A stretch of 63,988 nt of DNA, the filler included, from Octopus bimaculoides (lineage: Eukaryota): NCBI RefSeq assembly GCF_001194135.2. It is 7 parts of 6 records of this genome, joined end to end, with 100 filler letters (N's around TTAATTAATTAA, not from the genome) between each part and the next. Parts side by side here need not be neighbours in the genome. Positions count along the whole stretch, not along the records: positions 36,665 to 45,511 come from NC_069000.1; positions 45,612 to 57,556 come from NC_068981.1; 5 more parts are not named here. One strand, 5' to 3'. Shown here piece after piece: positions 37,597-50,300 of this stretch (positions within the stretch are counted from its first letter, which is position 1; each line of letters opens with the position of its first letter). The notes under the pieces are model-generated. The model made no database searches. It was not told the DNA's origin and saw only the letters and a program-made list of their open reading frames with translations. Position numbers and translations under genes: made by a program.

Positions 37597-38236
37597 GCCA
37601 CCCTATAAGCAAATATGGATCTAGTTCAAAACAGGGGCACCAGTATTTTCTTAACGAAACACTTTGAAACTTGAGACACTGGTAGAATGTGTCATATAAA
37701 ACATCTTTTTCTCTTAGTCGTCTTAAGAAAAATTATTATATTGCAACTTATTTTATGTTAAAGTTGTCGTATTTCTGTAATTTCAACCAATGACTGACGT
37801 CCATTCAGTCGAATACAGTAAGTGCTGACTACGTAAACAAACGATTCTGGCGGTGATAAAATTATTATTTCCTTGTCAAAAAATGGCTGAAGCATATTGG
37901 CAGTAGTTAANNNNNNNNNNGTTAGGGAAAACGAACACACGTGTGTTGCCTCTCTGCAAAATGTCAGAAGTAATGGAGATTAAATACGCTTTACATCGCT
38001 TAAACTGCCAAAGGAGTAACTATAAACAGCTGAATACTTGTCAGTGATTGGTTGAAATTATCGAAATAAGACAATTTTTTACATGAAATACAAAATTTTT
38101 TTTCTGTTCTATAACACAAAATAGATAAGTATACGAAGTTTGAAAGTCTTTCGGTACCAAAAACACTACATAAAATATAAATGAAAACTGGTGCCCCCGT
38201 TTTGAACTAGATCCGCAAATATCCGTATAGGGTGGC
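37597..38236. mobile_element. Non-autonomous element bounded by ~54-bp imperfect inverted repeats
   Basis: GCCACCCTATA...GGATCTAGTTCAAAACAGGGGCACCAGT (37597-37650) is inverted at 38183-38236. Confidence 0.65.
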
Positions 38237-38403
38237 ATTTTTTGCTTTGTTTCCAATCCAAGAGGCGTAACTCAAATTAGCAAAAAACCTTTTCCCTTCG
38301 GTTTGAACTTGGACAATTTCATTCTGTTGTTTTTCAGACCAAAAGACCAGATGTGATACTTTCAAACCCCCAGTAGCAAAGAACCCATATTATACTATTT
38401 CTT

Positions 38404-38634
38404 ATTTCTTTATTGCCCACAAGGGGCTAAACATAGAGGGGACAAACAAGGACAGACAAACGGATTAAGTCGATTATATCGACCCCAGTGCGTAACTGGT
38501 ACTTGTTTAATCGACCCCGAAAGGATGGAAGGCAAAGTCGACCTCGGCGGAATTTGAACTCAGAACATAGCGGCAGACGAAATACCGCTAAGCCTTTCGC
38601 CCGGCGTGCTAACCACTCTGCCAGCTCGTCGCCT
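38404..38634 (-). mobile_element. SINE family 1, full length, 11-bp TSD
   Basis: A box TGGCAGAGTGG and B box GAGTTCAAATTCC on the minus strand; TACTATTTCTT at 38393-38403 and 38635-38645. Confidence 0.92.
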
Positions 38635-38847
38635 TACTATTTCTTTCGGCCTTTTCTCGCAATTGCCGGGTTATTTCAACTCTTGGTATGAAACCTGTTG
38701 GAAAAGAGGCTGACATGAGAATATGATAGCATTGTTATCATTCGGGTCGACTTACCAGCTCCCTATCAAAATTCCCAACTTTGTGCCAAAATTTCAAACC
38801 ATAATTTCAAACCATAATTCCAGGCCTTGTGCCTATAGCAAAAAAGG

Positions 38848-38880
<33 letters not shown>

Positions 38881-40099
38881 TGTCTGCAAGGAGAGAACGT
38901 CTTTTCGAGGCTCGTAAGTTATTGTTGAATTTTTGTTTTCTTCAAGAACCTTGTTTCGTATTTTTGCTGTACTATCTTGTAAATAAGTCAATCAGGACTC
39001 ATATGGCTGGTTGTTTTTTTATTTTTTAATTTTTATCCATTTGGTGCTCAAATTTGTTAGAAAAACCTTTTGTTTTGAAAACTGTATATTTTTTTTTTGT
39101 ATAAACATGACGTCGTATTTCACAGTCAGCAAATTGAAGGGAGAAGTAGGATGTGCAGTACGTAGAAGTAGGATGTGCAGTACGTAGAAGTAGAGAAGGA
39201 TGATTTTCAAGCGTTGAAAGTTTAACAATTGCACAATTGTTGTGGCGATGGATTATAGTAGCAACAATCACCACCACTGCCATAACAGTAATAACAACAG
39301 CAACAATAGGAGCAATGAGAGCAGCAACAACAGTAGCAGTAACAGCAACAGCAGTGAGAACAACAGCAACAACAGCCGTAATGGCACTTGCAACAACTAC
39401 AGTGACAGCAACCACCCTATAATAGCAGCAACAAAAATAACGACGACCACCACAAAATAAGTGGTGGGCCAACTCCACGGGCAAGTAATCGCTAGCTAGG
39501 ATGGTGACAAAATCAGCTAAGTGCCTCGCATTCTCTCTAAGCTACAAGGAAACCCACCTGACACAGGAGAAAGAGCTTATGAAGGTGAATGGGGCGAGTG
39601 CACAAATTGCTATCTCGACTGTGGTTTTGTCGTTAATCGGACGGAAAACGGTGGTATATCACTATGTATCAGCTAAAATCCGACGCCTAGAAGCAGCAAC
39701 ATATACTCCAGTGGAACGAAAGAAATATGAGCAGATGTAGAATATGTCACCAAAGCAAGGTAGTTTGGACATGTTTACAGAAACCCGATTAGGAACTAGT
39801 TAAGAGGAAGTTGACGGAGGCAATCATCAACAACCGATGGTAATTAATTTTGAAAAATTACTATTAGAATCGATTAGGTTTAGCAAGGAAATAGTAACAG
39901 AGAATTCTAGAGTAGATGATGAGCTTGGTAATAACCTAGAAGAGGCACTTAGAAAAAGCATTGTGATTCTTTACCAATTCTTCAATGAGCTAGAGCACGT
40001 GTTCTAAGATATGAGGAAGTGAAAGCCATTCGATAGGCTCTAGTGGCTGAGGCGCAACGCGGCAACAGATCCACAGTTCGGTATTTGAGTGATTGAAAG

Positions 40100-42048
40100 G
40101 GGCGCTTTGCCATTCCGAATCTTTCTTACTCTATCATCCTCTTTCTCTCATACTGTTTAGTAAGGTCATAATTTTATCAGAAGACTTGATTAATGTAAAG
40201 TTGCTCTTGATTATGTTACTATACGCATCAATGAACTGATTTTAGTTGAAATAGGAAGTCAAACCAAATGCAAAATGTATAGAACATTTGCTATAAATTA
40301 CAGTTCCATCACTAATCCGCGCAAAAGGGGATTTGCCAAAGTACAGTCACTGGTTAACAAATAAAACTCAACCCAATCAAATTAATTCCTTAACTGCAGA
40401 TCTTTCAGACCCTTGCGGAAAGAAAGGGTTCTTCAGTTTTGTTGAAAGTCAAATGGCAAATGGTCCCTATAGAGGCTTCATTAGCGATTCGACTTCCATA
40501 AAAAAACTACCTGTCATGTCTAACACACTCACCAGTTCAATTCCCACCCATTTAATTATTTTGTTTTTGTGTCTTCTAAAAAATTTTCGCTGCCTTTGCA
40601 ACTTTGTTAATGGATGTTGACTCTGTCCATTATCGGAGCTGCGTTCCTTTTTGTCATGGAAATCCAAAACAGGTGATGACGGCCATCCTTCTTACAGAAG
40701 ACGAGCAACAGAGGATGGAGACTTCTAAACCAGCTTGAAATTTTCAACAGATGGATAATTCTCTACTGTACACTTCTGACCAAGACATTTTATTCAAACA
40801 TTAATTGTGAATTCGCAATTCATTAGAGTTCATTAAAGGTGGTCGCAAGCATGTCATGAGACGTGCTGTTCAATGCTTACACTGTCTAAGTTAAGACATC
40901 AGACAAATAGATAAAAAATGTTTTACTCAGCCCGCAGCATCATTAAGTAACCCACAAGAGGTAGCGCCTAAAAAAAAAAGAGTATTTGGATCAACAGCAT
41001 CACTTGGCAGCTATTGCAGGTACTTCTAGGAAAACAGTAAACACTGATATGGAATTGGGAAGAAATATGGAACTGATCTTCAGGATTTTAAAATTCATTG
41101 GAATCTTCGGGTCTACCATCATACAAACTTCAATTAAAAAAGGATTCCTAATAATGTTGCTTCATAATTTAGATTAGCTGTGATTATGAAATGGCACAAA
41201 ACAAATGATTAATAAACTTATGCCACAAGTCAATCATGATACAGTGCCCAAGAAGTGAGGCGCAATTATACCCGGAATTACACTCATAGCATTAAATATA
41301 TTCTTTCGATACGTCAGTCAATAAATCCCAAGCTAAACATCGGACAGTATCTGGACTGAATATTCAGGAAATTGCTTTACTAACGACCTATTTTATGTAG
41401 GAAGATCAAATGTTGGGAGCCCTAACAATCTGTTTATGTCTGTCTTAGTAAAACCAACACCGTTGAGTATTTAAAAGTACTGACATAATAATGTTCAGAA
41501 TGACTAAACACTATGACGAATAAACATCAAGTATCATATAAGCTGGGACTCATCGTAACTCAATGTAATTTCTTTATCACTGCATGTATTGCATTCCCGA
41601 AACCTGGATGTGTTGGTTTTCTCTGAGCATTCCGGGTTTTCATGTTATGAGAATGATTTTATTTCCAAAGACGCATCATCTCCCGATACAAAAGTTTCTA
41701 CAAATTTTTCCTAATCATTTTAACAATTAAATAGTAGTTTCAAATGAAATAAACCTATTTTCACATTCACTTAAACTTGTGTCCTTATTCAATGGGCTGG
41801 AACAGCACATACATTATCTTTTATACTTAAATTACAAATATGCTATTAATATTGAGCGCTTACAGGAAACACAGTGCATTAGACATCGGACAGCTATAAA
41901 GGTATGGAAAACATTTTATTTTTACATGAAAAATAACTTTCCAAGAGAAAGAAAATAATGTTCTATACATCGAATTTGCCCTCATTAAGAAAAATTCCGA
42001 ACTTTTCTAGATACCTTTCAGCCAGCGCAACACCGGGTATTCTGCTAA
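40100..42048 (+). mobile_element. Helitron relic: Rep (HUH) domain + PIF1-like helicase C-terminus + decayed 3' end
   Basis: KGDLPKYSHWL (cf. KRGLPHAHILIWL), MANGP, TGDDGHPSYRRR, RWIILY..LLTKTF..NIN.E, NSLESSGLPSYKLQLK...LLHNLD...NGT, SVNKSQ, FYVGRSNVGSPNNL, SKTNTVEYLKVLT*; decayed hairpin-CT(A)G end at 42021-42048. Confidence 0.85.
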
Positions 42049-42114
42049 AGATGTATGTATGTATGTATGTATGTATGTATGTATGTATGTATGTATGTTT
42101 GTATGTATGTCTCT

Positions 42115-42390
42115 CCTATATTTAATTATCTAAATTCTCCTTCTGAAGAAGGAGCTGGTTTCTAACAAAGATGCAAAGCGCCGTCGCTGGAATATAGATA
42201 ACGAAAACAATGTCACATTTTAAACCTGTGAAGAGTCTTGCATAGTTTTACTGTTCCACTTACAGATTGTATTTGTAATGTGCGAATCAGATGGCTCATT
42301 TCTTTTTCTGAAAATCCAAGCTTATCCAGACTGACAGTCAGGCGTTTACTTACAAAACCAAGTACACCAATTATTATTGGTATAAATGAA
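42115..42390 (-). mobile_element. RLE-type non-LTR retrotransposon 3' end with terminal hairpin
   Basis: FIPIIIGVLGFVSKRLTVSLDKLGF....LIRTLQIQSVSGTVKLCKT...*; perfect 7-bp stem CTCCTTC-tgaa-GAAGGAG at 42137-42154. Confidence 0.7.
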
Positions 42391-42477
42391 AAATATGCAT
42401 GTATGTATGTATGTATGTATGTAAGTATACATGTATGGTTGTATGCACACACACATGCACTCGCATGCACATAGACG

Positions 42478-42514
<37 letters not shown>

Positions 42515-42984
42515 ACACACACACACACACAAATAGCGATATGTTTATGTGCGTATGTGTATATGCAGAATTGTATATTTAAAACGAAGTCTTACCTTAA
42601 AATATGTTGAGTGACTGAAGAGCGATGGAAGAGAGCTTTTCTTGCTGGCTGTTCTTTCAGTGGGACTATCTATCGTCTGCTTAATTTTAGAAGCACAAGT
42701 AGTGTGACTTATAAAGATTTACAAATGTCTTTGTTAAGTACTTACCTTCCTTACAAGGCTATATTATCGCAGTGGGGGAGAGAAATAGAAGTAAAACAAT
42801 AAAAATGAAAACTAAATGTTATTCTTGAAAGACAAAATGTTTTTCTTTGTCTTTATTTGATTTCATGGAAAGGAGAGAAAGTATAAAAGTAAAACAAAGA
42901 AAAAAAAAGGAAAAAGTTTAGGTAAAAGCTGACCACATGTACATACACACCATACAACACACACAGAACACGTAAATGCATATC

Positions 42985-43370
42985 TGTTATCTATATCTTT
43001 TAGTTGTTTCAGTCATTTAGACTGCGGCCTTGCTGGGGCACCGTAATAAAGAATTTTAGTCGAACGAATGGACCCCAGTACTTATTTTTTAAAACTTGGT
43101 ACTTATTCAATCGGTCGATTTTGCCGAAGTGCTAAGTTACGGAGACATAAACACACCAACACCAGTTGTCAAGCGGTGGGGGGAGCACGCAAATACAGAC
43201 ATATTTATACATGACGGGCTTCTTTCAGTTTCCGTCTACCAAATCCACTCACAAGAGTTTGGTCGGCTTGAGGCTATAGTAGAAGACACCTGCTCAAGGT
43301 GACACGCAGTGAGACTGAATTCGGAACCAAGCGGTTAGGACGCAAACTTCTTACCACTCGGCCACACACA
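42985..43370 (-). mobile_element. tRNA-derived SINE, family 2, near full length
   Basis: Head tggccgagtggtaagaag...ggttccgaattcagtc, body ttgtgagtggatttggtagacggaaactgaaagaagcccgtc, core and CR1-like tail. Confidence 0.85.
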
Positions 43371-44019
43371 TACGCACGCGCGCTTACACACACACACACA
43401 CACACACACACAATTTATTACTATTATGTTTATCATTCGACATTTGATAGTTTCAGGCACATTTCTGTTGTATTACCTGCTACACCTCCGTGTTGCTGTG
43501 GTGCGTGCAGCATTGTGTGTTTTTGTTTTTCCCTTTCCTTTTTTTTTTTTTTGTTGGAATGCAAACTCTTCTCGGTATGGCTGTTTTAACTGTCATGTTA
43601 TTTTTTATTCATTAATTTCTGTTGTGAAATCCTACTTTAGAACTTCATAGTGGTGCAACAGTGGTAATGACTGTTCGGTAGCTATGATAGTGAAGCGTTT
43701 CCCTGGCAGGTCCAAATAAGCTACAATGGTATCGGACAACTAACCCTATGGAAGGACTGCCTCACAGAAGCGAGTAGATAGCCTATTTACTAGAGGTCGG
43801 AAATTAGCTAAACTGAAGAGCTAGTAAGTAAACTGATAGCCTAACCAGCGGGGTGGCTTCATACTCAAAACAAAAGCGATGCATTGAAATAGGTCACAGT
43901 AACCTGCTGGTCAGTCGGACTGCTCCATAGCAGCAGAGCGAAATCCAAGTGACCAGAGGCTAATAAAAATCTCAGCTACCCGTAGGCTGCCAAGGAATCG
44001 CATTCCATCCACTCGCCAT

Positions 44020-44650
44020 ATATACGTACAATTGCAGGTCTTTGGCAGGGAGAATCGGACTGACTCATCTAACGGAAGAGTAAAAGAAAATCAAATGCAA
44101 TGTGCTAGGGCTCTGTGAAACACATCAAAGGAAAGAAATAATTATGGGATGGACAAATGGAAATGTCATGAGACTGAGAAAAGCGGAAGGTGTGAGACAA
44201 CAGGTGGTATAAGATTCATCGTAAGCAAAGAATGGGTTTGAAATTTATTTCTTGCCAATTGCCTTCATCACTCATCGGAAGCAATCTGGAAGGAGATGGA
44301 CCTAGTTAGCCCCAAATGCTCAACATAAGAATGAAAATGACTACAACCTGGTAAGAAAAAGTGCATATTGCAGGACGTCTCAGTACTAACACTTTTCAAC
44401 ACAGACAGCGAAGATTGTAATCCGTGAAATCTGAGAGAAAAAGGCTCTGCACATCTCAATGAAGAGTCAACGTGTCAAGGCCTTCGATGAGAAACAGTTG
44501 CAGGAAGCTACCAAAAAGGAATTTGGAGTCAACTTAGAGATCAATCAGGGCTATAATTGCTGGTCCAGAAAATCAAAAGTTACGTATGGAAAGCAAAAAC
44601 TGCAAGCCAGCGGGAGCCTGATGGAAGAATCTCGAAAGAGATGAAGATAT
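44020..44650 (+). mobile_element. RTE-clade LINE, APE endonuclease N-terminal fragment
   Basis: TYNCRSLA...EE*KKIKCNVLGLCETH, GGIRFIVSKEW. Confidence 0.75.
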
Positions 44651-45148
44651 GCTAGAGAAATGGAAATCTATGATGAGGAACATGAAAAATCACCTCACAT
44701 ATTCCGTTCCCTACAAAGCGATCAGACAACACTTAAGAATGCTTATTATGTGGTACCAGCACTGGCAAGGTCTGTTTTGGCATGGTTTTTACAGTTGGAT
44801 ACCTTTCCAAATGCCAATCACTTTACAGTGTGAACTGGAAGCTTTTTAGGTGGCACCAATGCTAGCAAGGTCACCAAATAACCTGCAAGACAAAAACTCT
44901 TTGAGAGTGGGGGGCACTGGGGGAGGTGACCGTGTGAAAAGTGATGTTAGTGTGACAGAGGGACAGAGAGAGAGAGAGTGAGAGGGAGAGAATAAGGACA
45001 GTAACAGGCGTATTGCTGTAGAGTCAGGAGAGAACAAGAGAGAGTGGAAGAAAGCAAGAGTGTGAAAGTGCAAGAGAGAGAGCAAGAGAGAGATGATAGT
45101 GAAGTGCTAGTGCATATCCTCAAAATATGGGAATCAGAATATAAATAG

Positions 45149-45511
45149 TGTTATATGGACTGTTAGATATGTAATTCGTCTGACGTTCCGTGTGTCACTG
45201 TGGTTCGTCTGAGTTCATTGTTTCATTGTTGTTGTCTTGTGTGACTGTCGTAGTAAAATGTCATTGATATATGTATGGCGGACATGACTTTTGTTTATTC
45301 ATAACGAACATTGGGTGAGCGCGTTCTTTGTGTGTAATTGAATAATAAATGTAATAATTAAATTGTACAACTCGTTGTGTTATCTCTACGAGTCTTCTGA
45401 GGGAAATACAACAGAGTTTATTGGCGTCGCCGATAGGATACATGCTTACTTTACCGTAAAATTATTCATCGTAATAACAATGGCTGAAAAACAGACAATA
45501 GAACTTATTAA
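45149..45511 (+). mobile_element. Gypsy-type 5' LTR + primer binding site + probable gag start
   Basis: TGTT...AACA (ends 45413), then TGGCGTCGCCGATAGGAT (45422-45439), then ATG GCT GAA AAA (MAEKQTIELI) running into a gap. Confidence 0.65.
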
Positions 45512-46238
45512 NNNNNNNNNNNNNNNNNNNNNNNNNNNNNNNNNNNNNNNNNNNNTTAATTAATTAANNNNNNNNNNNNNNNNNNNNNNNNNNNNNNNNN
45601 NNNNNNNNNNNTATATATATATATATGTATATGTATATATATATATATGTATATGTATATATATATGTATATATATATATATATATATATAGCAATACAT
45701 CGGTCGTGTATACAAAAGTACAGTATGCAAACCAATGTACACACCCAAAACACATACTCTATCTTTACAAATGGCCACAACAAGAAGAAAGACAGCAGCA
45801 ACCACGATGGTAACAGTTTAAACGAACACACAAACATTGAAAACTAGAAGAATATCAGACTAAAGGTCAAGAACAGCAGTATCAGCAACAGGTTAGAAAA
45901 TGTATTTCTGGGAAGTCAACATACAAAGTCCCACTAAGAAAATTATTATAAAGATAACAACATCTATATACAAATACATGTATATGTATGTGTATGTATG
46001 TATGTGCATGCGTGTCTTTACGTATGTATACATGTATGTGTATGCATATGTGCATCTGTTTATTTGATTAGGTAATAGGCGTAGATGTATAGCTATGTGT
46101 ATGTGCATGAATCTATTTCTATTTATACATGTGTGTATATGTAGATGGATACATATGTGTATATGGGGACACGCACACATGTGTATATTTGTATATGCGT
46201 GGGTACGTATGTGCATATGTATAAATGTAGACGTATGA

Positions 46239-46270
<32 letters not shown>

Positions 46271-46742
46271 NNNNNNNNNNNNNNNNNNNNNNNNNNNNNN
46301 NNNNNNNNNNNNNNNNNNNNNNNNNNNNNNNNNNNNNNNNNNNNNNNNNNNNNNNNNNNNNNNNNNNNNNNNNNNNNNNNNNNNNNNNNNNNNNNNNNNN
46401 NNNNNNNNNNNNNNNNNNNNNNNNNNNNNNNNNNNNNNNNNNNNNNNNNNNNNNNNNNNNNNNNNNNNNNNNNNNNNNNNNNNNNNNNNNNNNNNNNNNN
46501 NNNNNNNNNNNNNNNNNNNNNNNNNNNNNNNNNNNNNNNNNNNNNNNNNNNNNNNNNNNNNNNNNNNNNNNNNNNNNNNNNNNNNNNNNNNNNNNNNNNN
46601 NNNNNNNNNNNNNNNNNNNNNNNNNNNNNNNNNNNNNNNNNNNNNNNNNNNNNNNNNNNNNNNNNNNNNNNNNNNNNNNNNNNNNNNNNNNNNNNNNNNN
46701 NNNNNNNNNNNNNNNNNNNNNNNNNNNNNNNNNNNNNNNNNN

Positions 46743-46777
<35 letters not shown>

Positions 46778-47084
46778 GTGTGTGTGTGTGTGGGTGTGTG
46801 TGTGTGTGTTTCTGTGTGTGTGTGTATGTATGTATGTTTGTATGTATGTATGCATGTATTTATGTATGCATGTATTATGCATGTATACATAAATGAAAAA
46901 TGCATTATATATACAAAGATAGCATCCCGTCTTTTGTTAATAGTAAGTTTTGCATATATATATTTATGCCAACGGTTAAATGTTGTATATAGAATACAAT
47001 GTAACAAGTGCAAAAAGTTCTATGTAGGTAATTTCTACAGTACCCACATTTCTTTCATTGGCCTCAATTGTGACTTTTATGATT

Positions 47085-47960
47085 TTGTCAGTGTTCCGGC
47101 ATCTGTCTAGATGTTTTCTGAAGGAGGAGGCTCTCGTGTTCAGATCTTCTTTGATGCAGACGTGATCGGGGTGTCGTTGCCGAGTCTGACTTCTCGGAGG
47201 TGTTCCGCGAACCTGTCAGCCAAGCGGCGTCTAGTTTGACCGATGTATAGAGAAGTACAGAGAGAGAGCAGGAGATGCAGTAGATAACGTTGCTACAAGT
47301 GCAGTTGAAGGAGTCATTGATATGATAGCGTCGATGATGGGTGCCTGTTAGGCGTGTGGTGATGGAGAGGTAAGGACAAGTGCGGCAGCGTGGGCGGGAG
47401 CAAGGGAACGAGCTGGGTTGGGAGGTTGTGTTAGGAAAGATTTGTGAAGTGGAGGGTCGGACTAGAGTCACCGGCAGGCTCGGAGAATGGTGCGTTAGAG
47501 ATGTAGGGTGGTGGGGTTGTAGGTAGTCAGATTTGCAAAGAGAGACCAGATGTACGGTCCACGGAACGTGCTCTGGCAAGAGCGATGTGGATGGTGGTGA
47601 GGAGATGTCCACGTAGGCTGAAGTGGCGAGCCATGAGTTGAGACTCAATCTCAAAGTCATGGTCGTCACTCCAGTGCCTGCGTAGACGGATGAATTGGGA
47701 ATAGGGTATGGAGATTTTGGTGTGTTTAGGGTGGGAGAAGGAGAGATTGAGTTATGAGTGTGAGTTTATGTACTTGTACTGGATGGAGGTGGTGAGAGTG
47801 TAGTGACGAATGCTGACCGAAATGTCGAGAAAGGCGACTGAGGTGTCGGATATAGTGCAGGAGAAGTGGAGGGCACGATGGATACATTTGACAAAAGAGA
47901 GGAAGGAGTAGAATGTTCGCGGGAGAGTGAAGTCGCACCGATACAGTCGTCAATATAACG
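47085..47960 (-). mobile_element. Penelope-like element, RT (YIDD) and GIY-YIG endonuclease, frameshifted
   Basis: RYIDDCIG, SVAFLDISVS, RPRCRTCPY, DSFNCTCSNVIYCISC, LYIGQTGRRLADRFAEHLR. Confidence 0.88.
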
Positions 47961-49590
47961 ACTGTATAGTTCAGCCGTAAAAGGCTTCTGACTTTTTCAA
48001 AATCTTTCTATCCAATGTACATGTTCTTTCCCAGGACCATACACTATATATTAGGTCTCCCGTTTATATATACTTCTACATTTCTGGTATATATTTAAGC
48101 AGTACAAATCATTGAAAACTAGTTTATTAAATGCATTTACTAATGTTCATTTATCGGGTATAAAAAATATTTTATATTTGAAAATTCTACACCAGCCAAT
48201 ACCTTTCCTATATATATTTTCTCGTCAATTCCAATAATTTATATACAATTCAACAAGATTTTCAGGAAATTATTATGATGTCAACACTCCGAATTTTCAG
48301 GAAATTATTATAAAGCCAACATTCCGAATTTTCTTTTGTATTGTGACACTTCGTCACTTTCTCTACACTGGAAAATGAATACCTTGAAAATAACATAACC
48401 AAGCACTTTAATTTCTTTATTGCATTCAATATTTTTGTTCACATTTTCATCGGGGTTATCTCAGTGAAATATTTAATGTAGGATAACGATTAACGAAAAG
48501 TATCATGCATCGTCCTTGTCCCAAGCCTCAGATTATTGAGTTTCTCTATAAATTTCACGGATATCAAGCAATAAATATTCATTGTCTCTTTTTAAGGTTT
48601 TTTTTCAACCAAAGCGAATAGCTAAACATTATGTAATGTTTTAATGGAAAAAAAAAGGAATTAACGTTCGATCTCATGTATTGAGTTAAATATTATTATA
48701 ATACCTACCATTTTAGTTTCACCCTTCTCGGCAGAAACTTATATATTAAAAGAATTTCTGGTTTCACACCTTTCTTGAACTTAAGAATACCTTAAAACCC
48801 ATTACTGGTTAGGAGAAACCAACATGATGTGGCATTTTAATATGATGGTTATTTATATTTTATATCAAAACTGCACAATATAAGAAAAAAAATAAGGATA
48901 TTGCATTTGATATGCAATATTCTACTGTAACATCTAAAGAATTTCTGAAGGCACAAAATTCTCTGCAACACACGTTCGTAATTCACTTGCAATTTTTCCA
49001 TAAAACTAAGTTTACATTATCTACGTCAATTTCCTGTTTTGAACATACATACATATAAAAGGTAATGAAAGAAACGTTTTTCTCCATGTAGATACTGGTC
49101 TACAAAAGTGCTTTAGTTTGAGCATTATTAATGGTAAGCACAAAGAGTATTTTGACAGGAAATTTACACTTTTCTTTTTTCTCATAATATCCTTTTGTTC
49201 CCAATCATACTTTGTCATTGGTTCACGTTGCTCAACTCTGACTTTTCCTCTGAAAGACGTAACGCAAAAATGATCTCTCACTTACTCCTTTTATCGGAAT
49301 TATTTAAAAAAAGGAAATAATTTCTAAATGGCAAAAGAAAGAGAAATCTACAAAGTGTCATAAACAGGGCGCTGTCATAATGCAAAGCCTCGGAAAGATT
49401 TGCAAAGAATGAGTAATGTAAAATTTTGAGTTACTTCTCACTTCACATACGATTTTGTTAATTTTATAAGATCAACGATAACAATATATAGAAATACGGT
49501 CACAATACATATGGTGGTATATTGCACAACACACACAAACTCACACTGACACACATATATACACATGCATGTAAGTATGTCTATGGATGG

Positions 49591-49632
<42 letters not shown>

Positions 49633-50251
49633 NNNNNNNNNNNNNNNNNNNNNNNNNNNNNNNNNNNNNNNNNNNNNNNNNNNNNNNNNNNNNNNNNNNN
49701 NNNNNNNNNNNNNNNNNNNNNNNNNNNNNNNNNNNNNNNNNNNNNNNNNNNNNNNNNNNNNNNNNNNNNNNNNNNNNNNNNNNNNNNNNNNNNNNNNNNN
49801 NNNNNNNNNNNNNNNNNNNNNNNNNNNNNNNNNNNNNNNNNNNNNNNNNNNNNNNNNNNNNNNNNNNNNNNNNNNNNNNNNNNNNNNNNNNNNNNNNNNN
49901 NNNNNNNNNNNNNNNNNNNNNNNNNNNNNNNNNNNNNNNNNNNNNNNNNNNNNNNNNNNNNNNNNNNNNNNNNNNNNNNNNNNNNNNNNNNNNNNNNNNN
50001 NNNNNNNNNNNNNNNNNNNNNNNNNNNNNNNNNNNNNNNNNNNNNNNNNNNNNNNNNNNNNNNNNNNNNNNNNNNNNNNNNNNNNNNNNNNNNNNNNNNN
50101 NNNNNNNNNNNNNNNNNNNNNNNNNNNNNNNNNNNNNNNNNNNNNNNNNNNNNNNNNNNNNNNNNNNNNNNNNNNNNNNNNNNNNNNNNNNNNNNNNNNN
50201 NNNNNNNNNNNNNNNNNNNNNNNNNNNNNNNNNNNNNNNNNNNNNNNNNNN

Positions 50252-50300
<49 letters not shown>

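Noticed and set aside
37758-37940. Protein-like minus ORF (QPFFDKEIIILSPPES...)
   Set aside because: Lies inside the IR-bounded element, spans a 10-N gap, and has no recognisable homology.
45893-47110. Long ORFs of 200-330 aa (also 5867, 19252, 49438-50465, 59624, 62366)
   Set aside because: Made of N-runs and (TA)/(CA) repeats.
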